Assembly: GCA_021108215.1 (NCBI GenBank)
Contig: JAIORK010000037.1
Span: 20,352 to 84,351, forward strand
Source of the DNA: a bacterium
GTDB lineage: Bacteria; Oederibacteriota; JAAXVQ01; JAUVAV01
Direction: 5' to 3'
Length of the DNA stretch: 64,000 nucleotides
Made by a program: the position numbers and the translations under genes. The notes under the pieces are model-generated. The model saw only the letters and a list, made by a program, of their open reading frames with translations, was not told where the DNA came from and searched no databases. This document shows, in pieces, positions 1 through 8,818 of the stretch; position 1 is the first letter of the stretch, and the number at the start of each line of letters is the position of its first letter.

Positions 1-1951
1 GCTGCCCGTCTTTTTTCAATTGTACCGCCAAAAGCAGCTCCCGCACATAGGCCTGTCCCGCCCGTTGAATCCCAATTTCATCCGGATATTTTTGCATCTG
101 TTCCTTAAGTTTTGCTTCCGCCTGCACAGCGCCTTGTTTTTTCTTGAGGGACATGGCCCATGAAAAAACAATAAACCCCCGATTATTGGCATAGCGTTTA
201 TCCTGGGGTGCAAATTTCATTGCCTCCCCTAAAATCATCATAGCCTGCGCAAAGTCTCTTTTTTTTAATACCTTGTTGGACCACTCCAAATAGACTTCCT
301 GCTTCCATTCCCTGAGCTTCTTGCGCGCGGCCGGCGAAAGCGCTTCATTCTCCAAATCGGTCAATGCCAATGCCCGCCGCCACTGGTTGCGTTCAATAAA
401 CGCCATACTCGGTTTAATAAATACCCAGGACTGCAACCTTTCGTAGTTGCCCTCCGGCATGCGTGCGGCAGCTATTTCTAGCAACTGCATTGCTTCCGTG
501 GGTTTCTTCGCGTCAACCGCTGCTGTAATTTGTTCTTCCCAAATAACTTTTTGATTGTTCAACAAGGTCGCATCTTTGGGTGCCAGTCCCAGACCCATTT
601 CCACCACTTCCACTGCTTGCGTGTAGTGTTTTTGGCCCACCAGTTCCTTACTCCAATTTGCCAAAACCGCCAGCACATTATGGACCGCTGTCTTCATTTT
701 TGCATCCAAACTTAACGCACAAAAATTTGCCAACAAGGCTTCCTGATACTTTCGCTTTTTCGCCAGTTCAACACCGTGATTATAGTAAATAAGTGCGGCC
801 AATCCCAGACCCGTAACTTCACGACGTTTATCCTGGTCCTTTTCCGAAATATAATTAAATCCCGTCTGCCGGGTAAATTGAGCCAGCACCTCAGGCCGAC
901 TCGCCGGATCAAACCCCGCCGGACTTGTCGTCTCTACATCCACGTGCCTGGCACCATCATAAAAAATAGAAAACGTATGATCCGGCACTTCAATCGCGCG
1001 GATATCCAGTCCCAACTTTTGACCAAGAATGCCATACAGGGCTGATGATGACACACAATTAAATTTTCCGGTATCCAACAGTGTCGAAAAACTGCTCTGA
1101 TTTTCCTGATACCCGGAAATCAATACCCGTTTGTGCATCCACGCCAGCAGCAGTTCTCCTTGCTGATAAACTGTTTTCCCCTTGCGGATCATAATTTTCG
1201 CTTCCGCGACAAGTTGGTCTATTTGAGCAAGATAACGCGCTCGTCTCTGTTTTTCCTGTACCCCGGAAGCAACCAGGATCGCTTCTGCTTGTGACCAGGC
1301 AGCCAGCTTGCCATTTTTTGCATCCGCAAACAGCGATGCCTCGTCCGGCGAAATGTCAAAAACCGAAGAATTCTTTTTGAGCTGCCGGATAACCACCAAG
1401 GCGGATGCAGGTGATTCCTTAAAAGCATAATGCGACTTCGGTGCACCCACCCTGCCTTTAATCTCCAGCCCAGCCAAAGAAATCACCTGATTCTTCCCGC
1501 TTGCCTTGAAACGAAGCATCATCCATCTGGCTGCGACCGGGTCAAAACGAATCGACTGGTTTTTTTGATTATATAACAAGGTTTCTTCACGAATCGTTTG
1601 AAAACCCGTTTTTGCAGAAAGCGTTGATACCAGAAACTCCACCTTCATGGTATTTTTATTCCCCGGGCTTTTCAGATCAAAAAAAATTTCAAACGCTTCG
1701 GGCGCAACCACCTTTTGCTGCGAAACAAAAACCAAGTCCAAAGGAAATCCGGGATCAAGCGTGAGTGTCAGGGATGACGTCTGATTTGGACCCCATAAAG
1801 CCGATAGCTTTTTTTTGTCCAGCCAGGCGTCCGAAACCGAGATCAATCGAACAGCACCTTGAGCAAGAAAATCAATGCTTGGTTCAGCTGCATAAGCAGA
1901 TAGCCGCATCCCCGTAAAAATCACCAGGAACGCCATCACAACACGCTTCAC
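1..1951 (-). CDS. Secreted TPR-like protein with a transglutaminase-like Cys-His-Asp core. The 5' end is complete; the C-terminus lies beyond the window start.
   Basis: There is a continuous minus-strand open frame from GTG at 1951 (or ATG at 1936) to position 1. It is missing from the ORF track because no stop falls inside the window. The N-terminus MAFLVIFTGMRLSAYA is signal-like. GKFNCVSSSALYGILGQKLGLDIRAIEVPDHTFSIFYDGARHVDVETT has the Cys..His..Asp spacing of transglutaminase-like proteases. The downstream half is helical and TPR-like. Confidence 0.6.
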   Translation of the reverse strand, partial: MKRVVMAFLVIFTGMRLSAYAAEPSIDFLAQGAVRLISVSDAWLDKKKLSALWGPNQTSSLTLTLDPGFPLDLVFVSQQKVVAPEAFEIFFDLKSPGNKNTMKVEFLVSTLSAKTGFQTIREETLLYNQKNQSIRFDPVAARWMMLRFKASGKNQVISLAGLEIKGRVGAPKSHYAFKESPASALVVIRQLKKNSSVFDISPDEASLFADAKNGKLAAWSQAEAILVASGVQEKQRRARYLAQIDQLVAEAKIMIRKGKTVYQQGELLLAWMHKRVLISGYQENQSSFSTLLDTGKFNCVSSSALYGILGQKLGLDIRAIEVPDHTFSIFYDGARHVDVETTSPAGFDPASRPEVLAQFTRQTGFNYISEKDQDKRREVTGLGLAALIYYNHGVELAKKRKYQEALLANFCALSLDAKMKTAVHNVLAVLANWSKELVGQKHYTQAVEVVEMGLGLAPKDATLLNNQKVIWEEQITAAVDAKKPTEAMQLLEIAAARMPEGNYERLQSWVFIKPSMAFIERNQWRRALALTDLENEALSPAARKKLREWKQEVYLEWSNKVLKKRDFAQAMMILGEAMKFAPQDKRYANNRGFIVFSWAMSLKKKQGAVQAEAKLKEQMQKYPDEIGIQRAGQAYVRELLLAVQLKKDGQ

Positions 1952-1993
1952 CCAAACCCTCCAATGGTGCCAGGCACCTTTTAGAAATTAAAC

Positions 1994-2626
1994 TTACATC
2001 AACTTAGCTTCAAACACCGCACTTCCAAATATCCGAAATTTTTCTAATCGGCCATGCAGATTATCCGACATTTCATCTGCTTCCTCAACATATTCCCGAT
2101 ACAACTGCTGCCGGGCTTTTTCATTACCTGACAATTCAAGATATGTTGGATGGAGGTCTATACTTACGGTTTCATGCTTCCGGCCATAGGCGTAACATAT
2201 ATAACTGGAATAACTATATTTCCCCGGATAATCTACCAACCCAGCATTGACCGGGTTACGGTCAATGTATCGTAGGCATGCCAGTATATGCTTGTTTTCT
2301 TCAATAATCGTGGACCGGAAGCGGTCGCCCCAAAAATGGCCGGATACTGTGTATTTGGTGTTGTAATATTTGGCATAGGCGGTCTTAAATTCGCACATAA
2401 AACTTGAAACATCTGTGTTTTCTTCCATTTTAATAATTAGATGAAAATGATTACCCATAGGTGTGAATCCATAGATTCTAGCGGAATATTTCAGTTTAAT
2501 ACGCTGCAATATCCGGCATAGTGCCTTTCGATCTTTACTCTTCTTGATAAATAGTTGTTTGCCATTGGTGCGGGATGTGATGTGATAGGTTAAATTTGGT
2601 GCTTTCAAGCGTAAGGGTCTGCCCAT
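1994..2626 (-). CDS. REP-associated tyrosine transposase (RAYT), IS200/IS605 Y1 (HUH) family, stand-alone
   Basis: The 210-aa product has the HUH motif GNHFHLIIK, a catalytic-Tyr context LRYIDRNPVNAGLV, and an N-terminal YHITSRTNG. There is no tnpB partner. GTAG-type palindromes are scattered through the window. Confidence 0.8.
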   Translation of the reverse strand: MGRPLRLKAPNLTYHITSRTNGKQLFIKKSKDRKALCRILQRIKLKYSARIYGFTPMGNHFHLIIKMEENTDVSSFMCEFKTAYAKYYNTKYTVSGHFWGDRFRSTIIEENKHILACLRYIDRNPVNAGLVDYPGKYSYSSYICYAYGRKHETVSIDLHPTYLELSGNEKARQQLYREYVEEADEMSDNLHGRLEKFRIFGSAVFEAKLM

Positions 2627-2704
2627 TGCCTGCCTCCTCTAGAAGTATTTACTGAGTTAGACAGACAATCTCTGATTTCCATGCACTTTTTCTAAAAAAA
2701 GTGG

Positions 2705-2732
2705 CTGGCACTAAGCTACTGGCACTAAGCTA
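2705..2732. repeat. Tandem 14-bp direct repeat (ctggcactaagcta x2) about 80 nt upstream of the RAYT start
   Basis: Two identical units sit at 2705-2718 and 2719-2732. On the minus strand each unit reads GTAGCTTAGTGCCA. The core CTGGCAC is inverted relative to GTGCCAG in the small palindrome ggtgccaggcacc (1966-1978) on the other side of the gene. Confidence 0.5.
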
Positions 2733-2760
2733 CTCGTATTGGGTTGAGGTGTTAAAACTG

Positions 2761-3954
2761 CTAGAAACGTAGAATTGCTGTTATGCCGATTTGAATATTT
2801 TGAATGGTATCGCTGCTCTCGGAATTGGTTATCGTAAATCCTGGTAGTGTATAAACCTGGATTTCAAGCATTTCGATGTTCACTTGGACACCCAAGGCAC
2901 TTTGCAGCATGGTAGTTTGCGCTTTTTCATAGGTGTTTTCTTGATAGAGCAGCCGCATTTCAAGCCAAAGTGCCAGCCACGGGAATACCGTTGCTTTTAT
3001 TTGGGCCGGAAGTGTACCGGATAAACTCTGATAATTTTCCCAGACATAATCACTAACATTAAAAATCGTGTTGTCAAGATACGTCAGTTCCAATCCAACA
3101 GAAAAATCAATTTGTTTGCCGGGATTTGTATAATATGCCCCAGCAGCAACTTCATAGTTGAGAATGTCCAGATCATACCCGGTCCGTCCGATTTCAAATA
3201 CGGTTTGAGTCAATTGATAATTCCCCATCCCTGCCTGAACCAGGACATTTTCCGCTCCCATATTGCCGAATAATCGGCGTACATTGACTTCCCAGGAATC
3301 AAGTGAAAACTCAATTTCCCGGGTTTGGATATAATCGCCCATGGCTTGCATGGATGACATACCACCATAAATTTCTATGTCATCATAAATGATTCCCACA
3401 AAATGTTGCGTGGTCTGGGAATTATTGGTATATGAATAATCATTGGCGATATCTGCAGCATAATCAATAAAATGAGTTTGTTCTTGTATTGTAATAGCAT
3501 AACCCAGTTCCAGTCCCAATATTTGGGTTGTAGCAACAGCCGCATTGATTGTCTTCACAAATTGCTTATCTGCGGCAGCAATCCGGGAACCATCCAATGT
3601 CGAAATGCTTTCTTGTGAATCGAGCCATTGCTCATAGGCATATCCGACATTGATACAAGCCCATTTTTCAATGGGTACAATCACCTGTCCGGTATTGCCA
3701 AAAAAATCATCATGATTTTCTTTCCGGAAAACAGGATCATACGGTTTGATTGTCTGTAATTGCAGGTCTGAATTATTTTCAATAAGATACTGTGAGATAT
3801 GATTCAATTGCGCTGGGTTATCCAAAAGATTCTCCGGCTGCGCAATTTTTTCGTGTAGAAAGAGATTGCTTTTTTCCTGATATAGAGAACGAATGGATGC
3901 CTGGACAGATGAGGTTATTAATATAAGTGCGAATAGAATAACAGCCTTTTTCAT
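2761..3954 (-). CDS. Outer-membrane beta-barrel-like protein, function unknown
   Basis: I trimmed the start to MKKAVILFALILITSSVQA (ATG at 3954). The longer track ORF begins inside a REP element. The sequence has an alternating hydrophobic pattern and ends in ...GITAILRF, a terminal Phe typical of OM barrels. Confidence 0.45.
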   Translation of the reverse strand: MKKAVILFALILITSSVQASIRSLYQEKSNLFLHEKIAQPENLLDNPAQLNHISQYLIENNSDLQLQTIKPYDPVFRKENHDDFFGNTGQVIVPIEKWACINVGYAYEQWLDSQESISTLDGSRIAAADKQFVKTINAAVATTQILGLELGYAITIQEQTHFIDYAADIANDYSYTNNSQTTQHFVGIIYDDIEIYGGMSSMQAMGDYIQTREIEFSLDSWEVNVRRLFGNMGAENVLVQAGMGNYQLTQTVFEIGRTGYDLDILNYEVAAGAYYTNPGKQIDFSVGLELTYLDNTIFNVSDYVWENYQSLSGTLPAQIKATVFPWLALWLEMRLLYQENTYEKAQTTMLQSALGVQVNIEMLEIQVYTLPGFTITNSESSDTIQNIQIGITAILRF

Positions 3955-4014
3955 ACATAAACTCCTGTTTTTTTTATTTGAAGACAGTTTGCCCGAAAAT
4001 ATTTTCCCGAACAA

Positions 4015-4083
4015 GTAGGGGCACAGCGCGACCGAAGGGAGTCCCGCACGATCCCCCATCCGGTCGGGGCGCCGCGCCCCTAT
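4015..4083. repeat. Composite REP-like element (long imperfect hairpin with a GTAGGGGCAC 5' end)
   Basis: The sequence is gtaggggcacagcgcgaccg-aagggagtcccgcacgatcccccatc-cggtcggggcgccgcgcccctata. The arms pair with a 2-nt bulge. It is intergenic, just downstream of the stop of 4098..5153. A near-identical copy lies at 5183-5252. Confidence 0.7.
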
Positions 4084-4097
4084 ACCCTATAAAATGT

Positions 4098-5153
4098 CTA
4101 TTCCACAAACCGGTCTGAAAAATCCGTTTTAGAATAATTCCAGATTTTCAGATTGTCAATATAAGCATCTGCTTTTTGTAATGCTCCTGATCCGACAATC
4201 CCGTTTAATACGGTGAATGGAACAGATCCTACATCATAATTTCCCCAGTCCTCAGTACTGTAGCCAACTTCTACACCATCTTGATAAACAGCTATTGTTT
4301 TACTGCCATCAAACCCCGCATTTCGGTCATAAATTAAGGCAATATGTACATTCTCGTCACTAGACCAATTTAAATTTGGAGTTACCAGTACACCGCTTGC
4401 TCCAACAATTATTACTTTAAATTGGCTGGAGTGGGCTTGATCATCAACTGCCATCAAGAACCAACTGCTTCCAGGATTTTGATGCACCCAATATCTGGCA
4501 TTGCTTTTGGCTGTCTGTGCATAGCCATTAACCATTGCAAAATTCGGTTTTACCCAATATTCAATGGTTCCTTTTTCGCCATCAAATACTGAATTATCAT
4601 ATCCTATATAGCTGTACCTATCATCATTTATGGCACCATTTCCAAACTGAACTGAATCATAACTAATACTTCCGGTAATCGTTCCATTAGGTCCGCTTTC
4701 GCTATTTTGGACTTCTGTTACTGACCCCAGCTTATTCCATAGCAAAAGACCTGGTACTTCGACCTGAATGATCAACGTCCCGGTATTATGCTCCACACGG
4801 ATGGTTACTGTGGTCGTGGCGTCCTTGGTCACAATGGCCTCGCCCGTGCCGGTGTAAATCTCCACGCCGTCCACATCGTACAACTGTACCAGAATATCCC
4901 AATGCCCCACCTGGATGGGCTCAAATATCACGCTTCCGGAATGATCGGCTATCGTGATGGGCAAAACATGCGTCAACGCGCCCTTGGTCACAGTCACCTG
5001 ACCGGTGGCGATGTTGTCCGCCGCGTCCAGGGCAAACATCATCTTCCCCTGACTAGGTGCCGTGTTGGGTGCAATTGGATTATTCTGCGAGCAGCTAATA
5101 AACATAACAGCAGGAACTGCAAGTACTGCGAGTAATAATGCTAAACGTTTCAT
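4098..5153 (-). CDS. Lipoprotein with an N-terminal Ig-like module and a C-terminal LamG/concanavalin-like lectin domain
   Basis: The lipobox-like signal is ...AVMFISCSQ. The C-terminal part carries LLLWNKLGS..GTIEYWVKPNF..IALIYDR..IAVYQDGVEVG..IDNLKIWNYSKT, which is the LamG_3-type layout. The N-terminal ~150 aa are nearly identical to the neighbour 5259..6371. Confidence 0.6.
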   Translation of the reverse strand: MKRLALLLAVLAVPAVMFISCSQNNPIAPNTAPSQGKMMFALDAADNIATGQVTVTKGALTHVLPITIADHSGSVIFEPIQVGHWDILVQLYDVDGVEIYTGTGEAIVTKDATTTVTIRVEHNTGTLIIQVEVPGLLLWNKLGSVTEVQNSESGPNGTITGSISYDSVQFGNGAINDDRYSYIGYDNSVFDGEKGTIEYWVKPNFAMVNGYAQTAKSNARYWVHQNPGSSWFLMAVDDQAHSSQFKVIIVGASGVLVTPNLNWSSDENVHIALIYDRNAGFDGSKTIAVYQDGVEVGYSTEDWGNYDVGSVPFTVLNGIVGSGALQKADAYIDNLKIWNYSKTDFSDRFVE

Positions 5154-5182
5154 ACTGTATCTCCCTCACGTATTGTATTTTT

Positions 5183-5252
5183 GCAGGGGCACGGCGCGAC
5201 CGAAGGGAGTCCCTCACGATCCCCCATCCGGTCGGGGCGCCGTGCCTCTATA
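5183..5252. repeat. Composite REP-like element, second copy
   Basis: The sequence is gcaggggcacggcgcgaccgaagggagtccctcacgatcccccatccggtcggggcgccgtgcctctata. It occupies the same position relative to the stop of 5259..6371 as the 4015-4083 copy does relative to 4098..5153. Confidence 0.7.
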
Positions 5253-5258
5253 AAATTT

Positions 5259-6371
5259 TTATTCCACAAACCGATCCGAAAAATCCGTCTTGGGATAGTT
5301 CCAGATTTTGAGATTATCAACAATGCCATCATTGCCTTCCCAATGATGACGACTCCAGTCATCCGGCTTAGGATAGGTACCCAAATACAATATTTTATCT
5401 GTCGACCAATTTAATGTAGGCATTCCAGTTTGAGTTACTACTGTTGTACTTATTGCAACACCATTTACAAATAGCTTTAATTTATCATCAGCTGTTGCTC
5501 CTGATCCATCCCAGGTAAGCGCCATATGAAATGGAGTAGATGTACTCCAACCCGGTATACTGCCCGGCGCCATGGTTCTAAAAACATTATTTGTATCATC
5601 ATCACGAACAGTTAAAATCAGGTTGTTTTGCCAATCATTATAATGTATTTGAATTCCCAAAGGCTGTTCAGGATCATTAATTGAATTCATAATTGTATAA
5701 TATAGTAAACATACATTATGACCAACACTACTGCTGCTCCAATTAGGTTGGTACCAAAATTCTATACAACCCTTTGGACCTAATTGAAGATTTTCATATT
5801 GAATATAATTATCTGCAATATTGTGATCCCCTGTACGTTCAGCAGGTTCATATCCATTTCCATATTGTCCGGAAAGATATAAAAGATCCCCAACAATCAT
5901 TCCATTGGGTCCAACTTCACTATTCAACACTTCCGTATCTGACCCCAGCTTATTCCATAACAAAAGACCCGGCACTTCGACAATGATTTCTAAATTACCG
6001 GTGTTGTGCTCCACGCGGATGGTAACAGTCGTGGTGTTATTCTTGGTCACAATGGCCTCGCCCGTGCCGATGTAAATCTCCACGCCGTCCACATCGTACA
6101 ACTGTACCAGAATATCCCAATGCCCCACCTGGATGGGCTCAAATATCACGCTTCCGGAATGATCGGCTATCGTGATCGGCAGTACATGCGTCAACGCGCC
6201 TTTGGTCACCGTCACCTGGCCGGTGGCAATGTTGTCTGCCGCATCCAGGGCAAACATCATCTTCCCCTGGCTAGGCGCAGTACTGGGTGCAATTGGATTG
6301 TTCTGCGAGCAGCTAATAGCAATAAAGGCTGATATTGCTATTACAGTCATGATTGATAGTATTTTTCTCAT
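5259..6371 (-). CDS. Lipoprotein, paralog of 4098..5153, with a divergent LamG-like C-terminal domain
   Basis: The lipobox is ...FIAISCSQ. The N-terminal module SQGKMMFALDAADNIATGQVTVTKGALTHVLPITIADHSGSVIFEPIQVGHWDILVQLYDVDGVEIY is identical to the neighbour's. The C-terminus ends in VDNLKIWNYPKTDFSDRFVE. Confidence 0.6.
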   Translation of the reverse strand: MRKILSIMTVIAISAFIAISCSQNNPIAPSTAPSQGKMMFALDAADNIATGQVTVTKGALTHVLPITIADHSGSVIFEPIQVGHWDILVQLYDVDGVEIYIGTGEAIVTKNNTTTVTIRVEHNTGNLEIIVEVPGLLLWNKLGSDTEVLNSEVGPNGMIVGDLLYLSGQYGNGYEPAERTGDHNIADNYIQYENLQLGPKGCIEFWYQPNWSSSSVGHNVCLLYYTIMNSINDPEQPLGIQIHYNDWQNNLILTVRDDDTNNVFRTMAPGSIPGWSTSTPFHMALTWDGSGATADDKLKLFVNGVAISTTVVTQTGMPTLNWSTDKILYLGTYPKPDDWSRHHWEGNDGIVDNLKIWNYPKTDFSDRFVE

Positions 6372-6675
6372 TTTTTCTCCTTTTGGTTAAGTTGAAATTT
6401 TTATCCAACCCTATTCTGGCGGTTATCCAAACCGCCCTTGCCAAAAACGCACATCACCTCCTTTTACCAAAGTCGGTATTGCTTATTGATTTAGTCTGAT
6501 TTTGGTCAACCATTGCCAAACCGGAAAAATCGTGTTTTGGAATTACATTGCTAAAACGGTATAAATAAAAAACTTAAAAACAGACCTGCTGGATCAATAT
6601 AAGAAAGATAGTTTTGAACAACTGTTTATTACAAAAAAGTTCGTTTTTTTAATAGTAATCCCAAATGTCATCCGC

Positions 6676-7320
6676 TCATATCTTCTTTGCGTGTTTTGCC
6701 ACTTTTTGATCTTTTTGATCCATCTGCAACATAAAATACCTGACCAAATCCGCGCTGCGCTTAGCAGCATCTGCCAGGGTATTGGCATCATAATCCAATG
6801 CTTTGCCTTCAATGGGCATGATGAGCATCGGGCCGATGGTGGCTGCTTTCCCGGCATCAACCGACACTGTAATGGTTGTTTTACTTTCCTTTTCATCTTT
6901 TTTCAAAACCCGGTAAACCGGATGGGCTTTGGCGCTGATCCGGGTTTGTTTTTCATTTGATTTGAATTCAATTGCCAAAACAAACATATAGTCTTCGCCG
7001 GCCAATTCCCTGCTTCCTTTTCCGGCTATTTCCTTTGGCAGTGATGATTTGAGCGTGGTCTCGGCACTTTGTGTTTGATTGGTTTTGTCAAAAGCATACA
7101 GTTTCATATAAATATGCTGCGACAGGATGTTTTGCACTTTTTTCCGTACCTGCTTTTCCGGCATGGCCAGAATCCGAGACGAGAGACTCTTGGGCAGGAC
7201 TTCTTCTGAGGATACCTGTTTGTCCTTGACCCATGTATATCCATTCTTTTTCGCCTCAACACTCGTAATACCCATTAACAATACTGATAAGACCAAACAT
7301 GACAAAAGATGATATTTCAT
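6676..7320 (-). CDS. Secreted protein, function unknown
   Basis: The 214-aa ORF has the signal peptide MKYHLLSCLVLSVLLMGITSVEA and a Lys/Glu-rich mature part. I recognised no motif. Confidence 0.45.
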   Translation of the reverse strand: MKYHLLSCLVLSVLLMGITSVEAKKNGYTWVKDKQVSSEEVLPKSLSSRILAMPEKQVRKKVQNILSQHIYMKLYAFDKTNQTQSAETTLKSSLPKEIAGKGSRELAGEDYMFVLAIEFKSNEKQTRISAKAHPVYRVLKKDEKESKTTITVSVDAGKAATIGPMLIMPIEGKALDYDANTLADAAKRSADLVRYFMLQMDQKDQKVAKHAKKI

Positions 7321-7340
7321 TTTTTCTCCTCCTGAATCTT

Positions 7341-7865
7341 CTAGAATGAATATTTCAACTCAATCAATTTCAATGTTGATAATTCGAGTTTACAGAATTC
7401 TTTCTCCTGCGCCAATAATTCATTGTACTTATGAATGATGCGCATAATGTCGTCTTTCGTGATTCTAAAAAAGAACGCTCCAATAACACCAACAGAAAAA
7501 GGCGCAAGTATCCACGAGGGAGTTCCTTCGTCCGTGTTCGCAGTCGCTATAAAAACAGCAAACCCGACAGCAAACAAACTGTAACTTATCCAAAAAAATA
7601 TATTTTCAACTTCCAGGGCATCTATCATGGGATCTAATTCCTGATATAGTTCCTCATCAAAAGGTCTTACTTGATTAATATATTTCCGCATTTTCCCTAT
7701 TGATCCATTCGGATACATTTCCAGAATACTTAGGGTTTGCATATCAAACAGCTTCACTTCGGTGATTGATATTTCCTCGGTCTCATTTTTTTTCGTTTCT
7801 GCCAAAACCAGCATAGGATTACATATCAAAACTATTCCCACTACAAATACAATAATTCGTTTCAT
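7341..7865 (-). CDS. Small membrane protein, function unknown
   Basis: The 174-aa ORF has an N-terminal signal/anchor MKRIIVFVVGIVLICNPMLVLA and two internal hydrophobic segments (FFWISYSLFAVGFAVFIA and WILAPFSVGVIGAFFF). Confidence 0.45.
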   Translation of the reverse strand: MKRIIVFVVGIVLICNPMLVLAETKKNETEEISITEVKLFDMQTLSILEMYPNGSIGKMRKYINQVRPFDEELYQELDPMIDALEVENIFFWISYSLFAVGFAVFIATANTDEGTPSWILAPFSVGVIGAFFFRITKDDIMRIIHKYNELLAQEKEFCKLELSTLKLIELKYSF

Positions 7866-7875
7866 AGCATGACTC

Positions 7876-8712
7876 CTATTTGATCTTTATGATCCAAACC
7901 ACAGACATGTTAATTGGACGGGTTTCATCCGCCGTACGCGGAGTACCATTAGACCCATCACTACGAGGAACTCCAACTCTGAGATAGCTGACATGTGCAC
8001 TATCTGCCGAAGCAAGCCTATCATTGTAGTATCCTCCAGAACCATGTGTTGGTATTTCGTCTTTCGATCCGGCATATTCCAACTTATGTTTATGCCCCTG
8101 AAAAGCATCTTCTTGTTCCACACCTGATGTTTGACTCCCTCGCAAAAACCTCCCCAGAATATTTAAATTCGGAATGACTACCCCATCCAAAGACCCGCCG
8201 GTTCCTGTCAATGTCTGGCCATTGCATTCTACCCAGCTATCCGGGAGTGTTTGGGGAACATTGGGTAAACTTTTATGCCAAGCCATAATCGTCCCAACCG
8301 GCAAGGTGGCATCAAATGCCATTTTTTGTGCTGTAATCGCGCCGTCCGCCACTGTCATGGCATAGGCTGATGTTCCCAGTTTTTGCCTCAGTGTCATTTC
8401 GGCATTGGTACCGACTTGAATCCCCACCCAGAGAGGTTGATTGAAACTTGACGGGGTCAACGCAGTTAAATTACCTAACACAGTATTGAAATAACCATTG
8501 TTGGTTACCACACTTTGCGCCTCTTCCCAGACCATGGTCCCGCCGCTTTCAGCTGCGTAGAGACGGAATGTGACGGAATACTGACCGTCGACAACTGGTT
8601 GCTGAACACTATCCATCAACCGGCCTTGGTAATTGAGGGTGTTAGGGATGTCGGCGAAAACGCCGGGTGCCATAACAATCACGAGTAGAATAGAAAGATA
8701 TACTTTCTTCAT
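7876..8712 (-). CDS. Secreted tail-fibre-like protein, paralog family member, with a tail-collar-like C-terminal tip
   Basis: After the signal peptide ...APGVFA comes the family N-module DIPNTLNYQGRLMDSVQQPVVDGQYSVTFRLYAAESGGTMVWEEAQSV..GTSAYAMTVADGAIT. The tip reads VGTIMAWHK..PDSWVECNGQ..IPNLN..RFLRG..GHKH..ETRPINMSVVWIIKIK, a collar-like layout. Confidence 0.65.
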   Translation of the reverse strand: MKKVYLSILLVIVMAPGVFADIPNTLNYQGRLMDSVQQPVVDGQYSVTFRLYAAESGGTMVWEEAQSVVTNNGYFNTVLGNLTALTPSSFNQPLWVGIQVGTNAEMTLRQKLGTSAYAMTVADGAITAQKMAFDATLPVGTIMAWHKSLPNVPQTLPDSWVECNGQTLTGTGGSLDGVVIPNLNILGRFLRGSQTSGVEQEDAFQGHKHKLEYAGSKDEIPTHGSGGYYNDRLASADSAHVSYLRVGVPRSDGSNGTPRTADETRPINMSVVWIIKIK

Positions 8713-8818
8713 TTCCTCAAACCTCCTTTAAATTTAATGTGGAGCAAACCTTCACTTATTTTGCAATTCCGAAAAAAAATATCTTGCAAAATTGGAGTAA
8801 CAGCCCAATAATACATGT

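Noticed and set aside
1960-1985. The TGGCAC on the minus strand (ctggcaccattgg) upstream of the first gene, as a sigma54 promoter
   Set aside because: There is no GC at the -12 position with the required spacing, and it lies only about 10-15 nt from the start codon. It is more likely part of the small palindrome flanking the RAYT gene.
3955-4059. The N-terminal extension MGDRAGLPSVALCPYLF... of track ORF 2761..4059, and the similar peptide in ORF 5150..5362
   Set aside because: Both are translations of the composite REP element (the same MGDRxGLPSVA peptide appears twice). The real start is the downstream MKKAVILFALI signal peptide.
4788-6332. Plus-strand ORFs 4788..5135 and 6006..6332 (115 and 108 aa), antisense to the conserved 5' modules of the LamG genes
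   Set aside because: They mirror each other only because the underlying duplicated DNA is identical. They lie in the relatively GC-rich conserved module where antisense stops are rare by chance. They have no start context or motif.
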